Shown: piece after piece, positions 27,984 through 36,917 of the stretch | Layout: each line of letters begins with the position of its first letter | Numbering within the stretch: the stretch's first letter is position 1 | Virus record (IMG/VR): IMGVR_UViG_2579778660_000001 | Strand: one strand, 5' to 3' | Source of the DNA: a virus | Lineage: Duplodnaviria > Heunggongvirae > Uroviricota > Caudoviricetes | Length of the DNA stretch: 64,000 bases | Notes under the pieces: model-generated | What the model saw: the letters and a program-made list of their open reading frames with translations, nothing else | What the model was told of the DNA's origin: nothing | The model's database searches: none | Translations under genes and position numbers: made by a program

Positions 27984-28559
27984 ATGTTAATGGCGAACGA
28001 TAACGCATATGCAGAAGAAGATCTCATTTTGAGTGACTTCATAGGGAAGCAGGAACGCTGGACCCAAAAGCGAGAGGAACTTTACGCCTCATTAGTTCGC
28101 AAAGGCGTCAATATCGAAACCGCACAGAGCGGCGATATGACAGTGGTAAGCGTTGGATTGCACGGTGTAAGCGTGTCAGCAATCAATCATGAGCCATACG
28201 TTGCGTTATCCGAGTCAATGGTAAGGTTAGTTAAGTTCCTGAAGTACACAGAAGCGAATAATGTAATCATTGGCAAAAAGAATATCCCTTTTTCCTCGGC
28301 TTTTTACTGGATGATGAAAGGGCTTGATGCCAGGCGGACATCATGGCCTAAAGGGAGCTATATATCGATGTTCCGTGGCAGCATTGGCAGCAAAGAAAAG
28401 CTCTTCGAATTCTTGCCGGAAGAGGCATTCGATATTGTGGAAGGGTGCGATGTGATGGTGATGCCTCGCCTGGTAATGATGAATGGTGATTTACAGGCGC
28501 AGACAGACTGGTTTGCAACTGGTGTGGATATTATCGCGACTGACTGGGAGGCTTTCTGA
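27984..28559 (+). CDS. hypothetical protein, 191 aa
   Basis: AAAAGGAGA RBS; long ORF. Confidence 0.5.
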   Translation: MLMANDNAYAEEDLILSDFIGKQERWTQKREELYASLVRKGVNIETAQSGDMTVVSVGLHGVSVSAINHEPYVALSESMVRLVKFLKYTEANNVIIGKKNIPFSSAFYWMMKGLDARRTSWPKGSYISMFRGSIGSKEKLFEFLPEEAFDIVEGCDVMVMPRLVMMNGDLQAQTDWFATGVDIIATDWEAF

Positions 28560-28951
28560 TGTACGGGACTACCAAATTAAGCACTCAACAGGCCACCAAT
28601 ATGGAGTGGTCTATCGCTAACTGTAAGATCGTGTCATGCAATGCCACGCGTACTGATGTGGGCCATAAAAGCACTATAACAGGCTATCTGGTAATGACCA
28701 CCAGGGGGATGAGGGTTAGATTTCGCTGGAAAGCAGAGCAAGTAACGCCATTCAGAGAGCCATCAATGCCGCTGCAGGTTGAGCAGGATTATCTATGTTT
28801 ACCAGAAATAGATGGCGGAATGCTGGTGGAGTCTGATGGTAGTAAGGCTGATTTTGAAGCCAATTTGAAGCTGGCACAGGCCGTAATCAATAGTTATCGC
28901 GGACAGTGGATCGCAAAAGTGAAACATGTTGTTCGTTTGTCTCGCTGGTAG
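28559..28951 (+). CDS. hypothetical protein, 130 aa
   Basis: TGATG coupling to the upstream gene. Confidence 0.45.
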   Translation: MYGTTKLSTQQATNMEWSIANCKIVSCNATRTDVGHKSTITGYLVMTTRGMRVRFRWKAEQVTPFREPSMPLQVEQDYLCLPEIDGGMLVESDGSKADFEANLKLAQAVINSYRGQWIAKVKHVVRLSRW

Positions 28952-29059
28952 CATTAGATATTTAGTATTAATTTTCTAATACAATCATCTTTTTGCCAGT
29001 CTATACAGTTTTAACATTCTCATTATCATCCCCTCGGTCATTTCCTGCCCGGGGGATTA

Positions 29060-29452
29060 ATGGAACAAATCAGCAGCGCAGAAATTGCGGATATCATGAT
29101 TAGGGCTGACTGCTATCTGACAGTCACTGAAATTACCATTCTCGCCAAAGAAAAATACCCTCATCTCCATGTTTCACGGGTAAGTGTAACTAACATCATT
29201 CGTCATTTTGTTCGTTCAAGCAGGGCAATCTGTGAGCTTGATGATCGCGTTTACCCACGAAAATACTGGTTGCATGGCCTGAACGGATATCAGTTCAAGG
29301 TGCGTGGGCGAACCCCTGAATACGGCAGTTTACTGGTTAAAAACTGTAGCAGGAAATCAGTCGAACAGGCGCGAAAAGAGCAACGAGAGCTGGTGGACAT
29401 GGCGAATAAGCTGTGGAATGCCGCCGTTAAAAAGCGTGGTGTTGCTTTATGA
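29060..29452 (+). CDS. hypothetical basic protein, possibly a late-promoter activator (Lpa-like position)
   Basis: Immediately 5' of pacA and overlapping its start; functional call by position only. Confidence 0.3.
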   Translation: MEQISSAEIADIMIRADCYLTVTEITILAKEKYPHLHVSRVSVTNIIRHFVRSSRAICELDDRVYPRKYWLHGLNGYQFKVRGRTPEYGSLLVKNCSRKSVEQARKEQRELVDMANKLWNAAVKKRGVAL

Positions 29453-30813
29453 GTCTGGTTAATTGGGAGGAGCACCGCGCCCGCTTTATAGCGTTGCGTG
29501 AAGAAAAAGGGATCACTGTAAAGGAATACTGTGAGGAGCATGGCCTTAGCTTCAATACAGCCAGAAAGCATCTCAATATGAAAAAAAATGAGGTGCGGTC
29601 GCAGGTAAAGACAACAAAAAAAAGCACCAAATCACCTGAAAAAAAACGGGCAGGAAGAGCAACAAAAAAGCAGGAAGAGGGTGCAGGAAAAACAAAATTT
29701 ACAGAAATTGACAATTCGCAGGGCGCAGGTTCTTTCCGAAGTATGCCGAGAAAGAAAACTTCGGATCATGAAAATAATTCAAATAATAACAATGAGATAA
29801 AAGAATCCGTCAGGAGATCATTACGCGAAAAAATGGCGAAAATGATCCCCGAAGAAGATAAAAGCGCCCCAAAAATTGAGGGATCTTCTGCAATGATCCC
29901 TGACGGTGCTGTGCAGCGTGCCACATTGCCAACTACGAATGTAGCTCGCGATATGATGAAGAACGGCGCAGAAGAACACCTGCGGTTAGCAATTCAAATG
30001 GCGCAAGAGCGCGCACTTCAGTATCAAAGCATTGTTGATCAGGAGGCCGAACGTCTACAGGCGGAAATAGACACCCTGGGCGATAAAGAGCCAGAAGGAA
30101 TGCACCCTGGGCAGCGCCTTCTCGGTCTAATCAGTGACGCGGCCTACTACATGAATGATTTTATCAGTAGGTTGGCAGCTATTTATCAGTCCGAACAAAA
30201 GCTGCGACAGGGGGATGAAAAGCTTCGTCAGAGCGCTCGCCAGCAAGCATTCAAAGAGGCTGAGGCCAGAGAAAAACTCGAATTAGCACGCCTACAGGCC
30301 GAACAGCGTGGCAAAGAGATTGAATATCGCATTGGCGCTGACGCACGCGCAGCCAGAGTTATCGCCGCCGCTATACGTATGCGTGAGCGCGAGGAACTGG
30401 ATGATATCGGTGTTGCTGAATACATCGAGCGCCAGGGTGTCAGCGTCCCGGCTATCCTCGCGGCGCGCGCGGCGAAAGCTATCACTCTTCTCGAACCACC
30501 TGTTTCTGACGTCAATGATGTTGATGATGAACAGCTGGACAAAGAGGCAAGGGAGTTTGCAACGCTTCAGGCTAACCATCCGCAATGGCTGGCAGAGCGC
30601 CGGGCGGATGTGGCAACCATTGTTGAAGAATTGGGGTGCGGAGATTACGACCGCAATGGCGAGCGTAAAGCTGGAGAATTCGAGGCCAACGACGAAGAGC
30701 TGGATATTGACCCTTCGGCAACGGCTGAAATTTACGGTGATTATGATGCATCTGATGCAGGGTATGACGCCGGAGATGATGATATCGCGATAGAACCGCC
30801 GGAGGATGATTAA
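29449..30813 (+). CDS. pacA: terminase small subunit / pac-recognition protein (PacA-like), 454 aa
   Basis: ATGA overlap with the upstream gene; basic N-terminal region and highly acidic C-terminus; directly precedes the terminase ATPase; GATC-rich segment inside the gene. Confidence 0.6.
   Translation: MSLVNWEEHRARFIALREEKGITVKEYCEEHGLSFNTARKHLNMKKNEVRSQVKTTKKSTKSPEKKRAGRATKKQEEGAGKTKFTEIDNSQGAGSFRSMPRKKTSDHENNSNNNNEIKESVRRSLREKMAKMIPEEDKSAPKIEGSSAMIPDGAVQRATLPTTNVARDMMKNGAEEHLRLAIQMAQERALQYQSIVDQEAERLQAEIDTLGDKEPEGMHPGQRLLGLISDAAYYMNDFISRLAAIYQSEQKLRQGDEKLRQSARQQAFKEAEAREKLELARLQAEQRGKEIEYRIGADARAARVIAAAIRMREREELDDIGVAEYIERQGVSVPAILAARAAKAITLLEPPVSDVNDVDDEQLDKEAREFATLQANHPQWLAERRADVATIVEELGCGDYDRNGERKAGEFEANDEELDIDPSATAEIYGDYDASDAGYDAGDDDIAIEPPEDD
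29760..29900 (+). promoter_or_regulatory. candidate pac cleavage region (GATC cluster)
   Basis: Five GATC sites (29764, 29816, 29844, 29882, 29895) within about 135 bp inside pacA, as hexamers of the form NGATCN; P1 pac is a Dam-methylated hexamer cluster inside pacA. Confidence 0.35.
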
Positions 30814-32321
30814 TGGCTGGCAGGCGCAAGGTTAAATGCGTCACCAGAGATCCACGCTGGCGCGATATGGTAATCAAATACCGCTACAACTTTACCCAGG
30901 CTGTTGTCGATATTTTTGGGATGTTCCCCTCCCACCAGCAGCAGCAGATCATTCAGTCCGTACAGGAAACGGGGAGTAGGACTACCGTCACGTCCGGACA
31001 CGGAACGGGGAAGTCGTCCCTTACCGCGATGTTGCTGTTGATTTTTATGATCCTGTTCCCCGATGCCCGTGTCATCATTGTTGCTAACAAGATAGGCCAG
31101 GTAAAAACAGGCGTATTCAAATACGTTAAACAGTATTGGGCGAATGCAGTTAAGCGTCATGGGTGGTTGCAGACCTATTTTGTCCTCTCTGACACCATGT
31201 TTTATGAGCGCTCCCGTAAGGGGATTTGGGAAGTTCTCTGCAAAGGTTATCGACTCGGCAACGAAGAAGCGCTGGCGGGGGAACACGCGGCACATTTGCT
31301 TCTAATTCTGGATGAAGCATCTGGTATATCTGATAAGGCGATCGGCGTAATGACCGGTGCTCTTACTGAAGAAGATAACCGGATGTTGATGCTATCCCAG
31401 CCAACAAGGCCAAGTGGTTATTTCTACGATTCGCACCATTCTCGAGCAAAAACCCCAGACAACCCGAAAGGGATCTGGACAGCAATTGTTCTTAACTCGG
31501 AAGAATCACCGTTCGTCACACCACAATTCATCAAGGAGAAGCTTCTGGAATATGGCGGGCGCGATTCTATTGAGTACATGGTCAAGGTGCTTGGTCAGTT
31601 CCCACGAGAAATTAACGGCTATTTGCTTGGTCGTGATGAATGCGATCGCGCTGCTCGCCGCAAGGTGTTGTTGGAGAAAAACTGGGGATGGGTGGCAACG
31701 GCTGACGTTGGTAATGGGCGAGATAAGTCGGTCCTCAACATCTGCAAGGTATCAGGTCACAGGGATAAGCGGCGCGTTGTTAACTTTAAGGTAATGGAGA
31801 TGCCTGGCACTATGGACCCATTGGCCTTTGCTGACTTCATATATAACGAATGTACGCCGGAAAAATACCCGAATATAACAATCGCGGTTGATGCTGATGG
31901 TTTTGGTTCTGATACGTGTGCGCAGTTGGTGCGTCGTGGTGCGAACCCGGTACGTATTCGGTGGGGAAAACCCATGTTTGCGAACAAAGACAGGGAGCGA
32001 TTTGTTAATCAGCGAGCCTACGCAAATATTATGGCGCGTGATGCCATAAAGTCAGGGCGTATGCGGATAGACAGTGACTCTAAAACGGCAGAGCAAGCGT
32101 CAAAAATCCCCTTTTTACTGAATGAAGAAGGGAAAATGGCGATGATGCGCAAAGAGCACATGCGGCAAAAGCTAAACATCAAATCGCCTGACCGATGGGA
32201 TACCTACTGCTTCACTATGCTGGTGGACTATGTGCCTGCTAATGAAGATATTGGTGCCGAAATGGCAACTTTCCGAGATCAGGTTCTGGCGGATATCGAA
32301 ATGCCGGATCTGGATATATAA
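30813..32321 (+). CDS. pacB: terminase large subunit (PacB-like), 502 aa
   Basis: Walker A GHGTGKSS and Walker B LLLILDEASG; TAATG overlap with pacA; size close to P1 PacB. Confidence 0.75.
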   Translation: MAGRRKVKCVTRDPRWRDMVIKYRYNFTQAVVDIFGMFPSHQQQQIIQSVQETGSRTTVTSGHGTGKSSLTAMLLLIFMILFPDARVIIVANKIGQVKTGVFKYVKQYWANAVKRHGWLQTYFVLSDTMFYERSRKGIWEVLCKGYRLGNEEALAGEHAAHLLLILDEASGISDKAIGVMTGALTEEDNRMLMLSQPTRPSGYFYDSHHSRAKTPDNPKGIWTAIVLNSEESPFVTPQFIKEKLLEYGGRDSIEYMVKVLGQFPREINGYLLGRDECDRAARRKVLLEKNWGWVATADVGNGRDKSVLNICKVSGHRDKRRVVNFKVMEMPGTMDPLAFADFIYNECTPEKYPNITIAVDADGFGSDTCAQLVRRGANPVRIRWGKPMFANKDRERFVNQRAYANIMARDAIKSGRMRIDSDSKTAEQASKIPFLLNEEGKMAMMRKEHMRQKLNIKSPDRWDTYCFTMLVDYVPANEDIGAEMATFRDQVLADIEMPDLDI

Positions 32322-32323
32322 AA

Positions 32324-32340
32324 GCCCCGCAGTGCGGGGC
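32324..32340. terminator. bidirectional terminator-like hairpin (gccccgc-agt-gcggggc) between convergent genes
   Basis: Perfect 7-bp GC stem; weak T run. Confidence 0.4.
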
Positions 32341-32349
32341 CGGTGGTGA

Positions 32350-33387
32350 TTACCAGAGCTTTGCGGCGCGCTGCGTTTGGGGGAATGTGTATCCGTAACG
32401 TTCTTCGATTGCTTTGCCGTATTTTTTACGCGCTTCATTCAGTTTGATGCCGGTCAGGTCGTCTCCAGAGGCCATCATTACGTCTAACAATTCCAGATCC
32501 ATTTTATCCAGCCTTGCCATTGCTTCACGCGATGTACGAATCTTACGTTCAATGATATGGCGAATAGCCGGATCGGCATCCTCCAGCATCTTAGCTGATT
32601 TCTGCTTAAGGTTTTCGTTGCGGATATCGATGTTCCTTAAGATATACGACTTCGCAACGTAGCTTGGCTGATGTTTTTCCAGGTCACGAACACGATATAA
32701 GCTAAAGTCGCCGAGAAGGCTGCAAGGCACCGATTCGACGCCAGAATAAATTGTAATGCTACGGCGTTCACCAACATTATTGACAACGGGGATCGTTGTC
32801 TTCGGTAGTTTTGCGAAAACGAATGCGCCATGTGCGCCAACTCTAAAGCGAGAAAGGGCATTGCTGCCTTCGATGTTTGTTGTCAGCACAACATCTGTAT
32901 ATGCCTCTTTACGCGCCCGGTAGACCTCGCCTTCAGGCTCAGCTTCAAAGAAGCGCTGTTCTTCTTCAAGAGCACCTACGATTTGAGAAAAAACCCTATT
33001 TTTCAGGCTTTTCTTTATGATTTTGTCGTATTTTTTGAGCAATTGTTCACGTGTAAATGTACGTGTTGTTGTAGCGCTTTGCACAACAACATGCGTGCTT
33101 TGATTGGTGTCCTCAATGATGAATGGGATCGGAGAATATACAGACTCAACAATGTTAGACGCTTTGCCGTCAGCATTACGGCACAAGTCAACAAAGGCTT
33201 TCCATTCTGCGAGGCACTTTTCAGCTTCTTCTAGTACATTTTGGTCGTGTGTTAGTGCAACGTGGCGGAATTCCTCGCCAGCATAACTGGTATCATGGAA
33301 AACAGAGTTTGCGACCACCAGCTCTTTCCACCGTTCAGCGGTTTGCAGGAACCGTTTGTACTCTTTCTCGATCGACTTCTTACTCAT
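32350..33387 (-). CDS. candidate C1-type immunity repressor by position (c1 slot between pacB and the rox-dre unit), 345 aa
   Basis: Position matches c1 in the P1-family pac-c1-lox arrangement; an operator-like motif lies in its own upstream region; no motif-level identification possible. Confidence 0.4.
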   Translation of the reverse strand: MSKKSIEKEYKRFLQTAERWKELVVANSVFHDTSYAGEEFRHVALTHDQNVLEEAEKCLAEWKAFVDLCRNADGKASNIVESVYSPIPFIIEDTNQSTHVVVQSATTTRTFTREQLLKKYDKIIKKSLKNRVFSQIVGALEEEQRFFEAEPEGEVYRARKEAYTDVVLTTNIEGSNALSRFRVGAHGAFVFAKLPKTTIPVVNNVGERRSITIYSGVESVPCSLLGDFSLYRVRDLEKHQPSYVAKSYILRNIDIRNENLKQKSAKMLEDADPAIRHIIERKIRTSREAMARLDKMDLELLDVMMASGDDLTGIKLNEARKKYGKAIEERYGYTFPQTQRAAKLW

Positions 33388-33410
33388 TATTCCTACTCGA
33401 TTTAGTTTTC

Positions 33411-33427
33411 TAACATAAAATCCCTAT
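33411..33427 (-). promoter_or_regulatory. operator-like site ATGTTAGAAAACTAAAT upstream of the c1-slot gene
   Basis: Motif copy 24 bp upstream of the start at 33387. Confidence 0.55.
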
Positions 33428-33600
33428 GACAAATCTATGTCGAATAACAGAGTGAGTAAAGGATCGAACTATGATTTTTTTGTCATCAACTTTAGAAAAC
33501 CAACCGTTGAAACCACACTTCGCAAATTAAAGACCATGAAGGCAACGTGTTACTGTCCATCATCAATCTATGATGGATTACAAAAAAAATCGGCATTTTA

Positions 33601-33634
33601 TAACTTTAAATAATGGGGATTATTTAAAGTTAGG
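33601..33634 (+). other. rox-type (lox-like) site-specific recombination site
   Basis: TAACTTTAAATAAT-GGGG-ATTATTTAAAGTTA: 14-bp perfect inverted arms around a 4-bp spacer. The arms match the rox site of the Dre recombinase as I recall it (spacer GCCA there), and share ATAACTT...ATA with loxP arms. Confidence 0.8.
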
Positions 33635-33784
33635 CTATAATCATGTGTAGATGAACAGTATTGACATCACTGAAAATACGTGCCTCGAATCAAAGGCTTG
33701 TATTTTGAAAATTAACTTATAGCTACCCTGTCATTTTTATATTTTTCGCGTAGCGTCATATGTATATAGAGGCGAAATAGTTTC

Positions 33785-34813
33785 ATGGGAGAATTAATTA
33801 TCTCTGGCAGTTCCGGTGGTTTTCTGCGCAACATTGGCAAAGAGTACCAGGAAGCCGCAGAAAACTTTATGCGGTTCATGAATGACCAGGGGGCTTATGC
33901 GCCGAATACTCTGCGCGACCTCCGGTTGGTGTTTCATTCCTGGGCGCGCTGGTGTCACGCTCGCCAGCTCGCCTGGTTCCCGATCTCACCAGAAATGGCC
34001 CGCGAGTATTTTCTTCAGCTGCATGATGCCGATCTGGCTTCGACCACCATTGATAAGCACTACGCCATGCTGAACATGCTGCTTTCGCATTGTGGCCTTC
34101 CGCCACTTTCGGATGATAAAAGTGTTTCTCTGGCTATGCGGCGCATCCGGCGCGAAGCGGCAACTGAAAAAGGCGAACGAACAGGCCAGGCTATACCGCT
34201 GCGGTGGGACGATCTGAAACTGCTCGACGTCCTGTTGTCCAGGTCAGAACGGCTGGTGGACCTGCGCAACCGGGCTTTTCTCTTTGTTGCATACAATACG
34301 CTGATGCGTATGTCGGAAATCTCGCGTATTCGTGTAGGAGATCTGGACCAAACAGGTGACACTGTCACGCTACATATTTCACACACGAAGACAATAACGA
34401 CCGCCGCCGGGCTTGATAAGGTGCTTTCCCGTCGCACTACCGCTGTGCTGAATGACTGGCTGGATGTTTCCGGGCTTCGCGAACATCGTGACGCAGTGCT
34501 GTTCCCGCCGATACACCGTAGCAATAAGGCCAGGATCACGACAACGCCCCTTACTGCACCTGCAATGGAGAAAATATTCAGCGACGCCTGGGTGTTGCTG
34601 AATAAAAGAGATGCTACGCCAAACAAAGGGAGATACCGGACGTGGACCGGGCATAGTGCACGCGTCGGGGCCGCTATTGATATGGCTGAAAAGCAGGTGT
34701 CTATGGTGGAGATCATGCAGGAAGGAACCTGGAAGAAACCGGAAACACTTATGCGGTATCTGCGCCGTGGCGGTGTGTCTGTGGGGGCTAATAGCCGCCT
34801 GATGGATTCGTAA
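33785..34813 (+). CDS. dre: Dre-like tyrosine site-specific recombinase (Cre homologue), 342 aa
   Basis: Extended colinearity with P1 Cre (WARWC..WFP, LNMLLS..GLP..SD..VSLAMRRIRRE, AYNTLMRMSEISRIRV, GHSARVGAA..MA, W...LMRYLR), catalytic R/H-x-x-R/W/Y in place; rox-type site 150 bp upstream. Confidence 0.9.
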   Translation: MGELIISGSSGGFLRNIGKEYQEAAENFMRFMNDQGAYAPNTLRDLRLVFHSWARWCHARQLAWFPISPEMAREYFLQLHDADLASTTIDKHYAMLNMLLSHCGLPPLSDDKSVSLAMRRIRREAATEKGERTGQAIPLRWDDLKLLDVLLSRSERLVDLRNRAFLFVAYNTLMRMSEISRIRVGDLDQTGDTVTLHISHTKTITTAAGLDKVLSRRTTAVLNDWLDVSGLREHRDAVLFPPIHRSNKARITTTPLTAPAMEKIFSDAWVLLNKRDATPNKGRYRTWTGHSARVGAAIDMAEKQVSMVEIMQEGTWKKPETLMRYLRRGGVSVGANSRLMDS

Positions 34814-34814
34814 A

Positions 34815-34831
34815 TTAAATTTCTAACACAT
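34815..34831 (-). promoter_or_regulatory. operator-like site ATGTGTTAGAAATTT
   Basis: Between the dre stop and the next operon. Confidence 0.45.
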
Positions 34832-34886
34832 CTTTTTAGATTAACGCCTTTGATGTAAAGTACCCTCGCCTATTTAGGAGGGTGCT

Positions 34887-35231
34887 TTGCAGAGTCAAAT
34901 CACGGAATCAAGACGCTTCAAGGTGGATGGTTACACCGTAACCTTCGCTGCTGGTGTTAAGAACAGTCATGCTGTCGTTGTGTTCGGCATCATGACCGGG
35001 CTTGAGGCCGTCCCTGTGTTTACCCTCGAAAAAAACTGGCGAAATCTGGAGGAAGCAGAAAGCTACGTCCGGAAAGTAACCATCATTGCCGCCGAAAAAC
35101 TCCTGGCCCACTATCAGGAAAATTATCGCACTATGGTCGAGAAGATTAATCTCGCTTTCACTCGCCCCACTACCGGCTTTATTGCACCGGATACTAATGC
35201 AGGTCGCTATCCTGCAAGGGGGCGTCGGTGA
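34887..35231 (+). CDS. hypothetical protein, 114 aa
   Basis: GGAGGG RBS with TTG start. Confidence 0.4.
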   Translation: MQSQITESRRFKVDGYTVTFAAGVKNSHAVVVFGIMTGLEAVPVFTLEKNWRNLEEAESYVRKVTIIAAEKLLAHYQENYRTMVEKINLAFTRPTTGFIAPDTNAGRYPARGRR

Positions 35232-35704
35232 AAACTTATTACACATCTCTGAATTGTTACCCGTCTTCCTATCCAGAATTATCCGGGAAGCTGTTAGCTC
35301 TATTAGCTAAAGCACCTACGGAATGGTTTAAGCCAGTCGTTATCAATCCACACTTCCTGGATTACGGATCTGTTCGCACTCGTAACGAACTCAAAAACCT
35401 ACTGGCGCATGGATTCATTCGACACCGTGCCGCGAAAGGCTATCAGTTAGCGATTGCGCCAGAAGAGGCTGTGCGGCTATTCGCATATCGTGACAGCCAG
35501 ACAAAAGCTCGGGTAATAGCTCAAATACTTCATAACGGCAGCACCTATGCCCGCCAGTTTGGCGGCGACACGTCGCAGTTCTTGCGGGCGGTGCGATCGC
35601 TGGAGGAGCAAGGAGTTATTGAAAGTTCCTGTCTTCCTGTTCCTACCGTTCCACATATCAAACGTCGGGTTTACACCTTCACGCAGAGAGCTAAAAAACA
35701 ATGA
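35228..35704 (+). CDS. hypothetical protein, 158 aa
   Basis: Overlaps the neighbouring genes at both ends (operon). Confidence 0.45.
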   Translation: MKTYYTSLNCYPSSYPELSGKLLALLAKAPTEWFKPVVINPHFLDYGSVRTRNELKNLLAHGFIRHRAAKGYQLAIAPEEAVRLFAYRDSQTKARVIAQILHNGSTYARQFGGDTSQFLRAVRSLEEQGVIESSCLPVPTVPHIKRRVYTFTQRAKKQ

Positions 35705-36195
35705 TTTACGTAAAAGTGAAACGCCTACATCCGGCAGCAAAACTTCCAGCTTATGCCACCTCCGGATCGGCGGCGATGGATTTTGAGGCTGTTGAAATAA
35801 AACCATGCGTCGATAGCAATGGTGCAATTTCCTCAAGCTGGTGGGTGTATACCGGACTGGCTATGGAGATCCCGCCCGGCTGGTGTCTGAAACTCTATCC
35901 GCGATCCGGATTGGGCTGCAAAAAACATACTCGCCTGGCTAACTGCGTAGGAATTATCGACTCCGATTATCGCGGCGAAATCATGGCAAAACTGATTACT
36001 GATCCCGGCGGGGAAGGCGTTTGTCTCAAGCCTGGAATGGCTGTCATGCAAGGAATTTTTGAACGTGTTGAACAAGTCTCACTAGTCGAGGTTGAGGAAC
36101 TCAACGAAACGGAACGTGGTGCTGGTGGCTTTGGTAGCACATCGGAAGGCCACTTTGAAATTAAGCGTTCACCGCTTCAGTACGAAAAGTTATAA
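35701..36195 (+). CDS. dut: dUTP diphosphatase (trimeric dUTPase)
   Basis: Motifs PRSGLG, GIIDSDYRGE and C-terminal RGAGGFGSTS. Confidence 0.8.
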   Translation: MIYVKVKRLHPAAKLPAYATSGSAAMDFEAVEIKPCVDSNGAISSSWWVYTGLAMEIPPGWCLKLYPRSGLGCKKHTRLANCVGIIDSDYRGEIMAKLITDPGGEGVCLKPGMAVMQGIFERVEQVSLVEVEELNETERGAGGFGSTSEGHFEIKRSPLQYEKL

Positions 36196-36209
36196 GCAGA
36201 GAAAAGACT

Positions 36210-36911
36210 ATGAATAACATGGCAACGAAAGAGCTTTTTAAGTTCCTTCCCAAATACAAAGCTCACAAAAACGTTAGTGCATCGAAAATCAAAAATGTTG
36301 TTATTTTCGGAGTAACTGATGCCCCACTTTGGGGCAGCATCGAACTCGTTGAACCAAAAGGGGCAACAGTTTGTGTTGACGCAATGTTTTTACAAAAACA
36401 CCGACCAAAAACTGGCGGGTATCTGATCGTTTATGAAAACGGTTATCTGTTCTATGCCCCGGAGAAACCATTTGAGGAACGCTATGGCCTGGTTAACGAC
36501 GTCTCCAAAAATGGAACCACGGTCATCATTACGGATGACAACGGCGAGATGATTAATCTTACCGGGAGCGTAACTATTTCTGCTGGTGGCATCACCACCC
36601 AGCAAGAAGAAATCGACCTTGAAGCAGCCGACTTTTCTGACGCGCTGATGTGGCTGAAGGATGGCAAGAAAGTTGCCCGGCGCGGGTGGAACGGCGAAAA
36701 CCAATTCTGCTGGCTGGTTCCAGACAAACACGGCGCTTCAAGACTAACCCCTATAAAACATGCCATCAATGGAGAGCTTGAAATCAATTTCGACTCTCCT
36801 CTTGCTCCTTATGGTACGCATTTCGCTTTGAAAAATGCACAAGGTGTAGTTGTTCCGTGGGTGCCTTCTGTAGGCGACTTACTGGCATGTGACTGGTTTG
36901 TAGTGGAGTGA
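36210..36911 (+). CDS. two-domain protein with C-terminal DUF2829-like domain, 233 aa
   Basis: C-terminal segment FSDALMWLKDGKKVARRGWNGENQFCWLV...PWVPSVGDLLACDWFVVE matches the DUF2829 pattern. Confidence 0.45.
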   Translation: MNNMATKELFKFLPKYKAHKNVSASKIKNVVIFGVTDAPLWGSIELVEPKGATVCVDAMFLQKHRPKTGGYLIVYENGYLFYAPEKPFEERYGLVNDVSKNGTTVIITDDNGEMINLTGSVTISAGGITTQQEEIDLEAADFSDALMWLKDGKKVARRGWNGENQFCWLVPDKHGASRLTPIKHAINGELEINFDSPLAPYGTHFALKNAQGVVVPWVPSVGDLLACDWFVVE

Positions 36912-36917
36912 TTTAAC

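Noticed and set aside
32350-33387. Calling this gene the C1 repressor outright
   Set aside because: Only the position and an upstream operator-like site support it. The classical P1 C1 operator consensus is not present in the window and I cannot confirm sequence similarity to P1 C1, so it is labelled only as a candidate.
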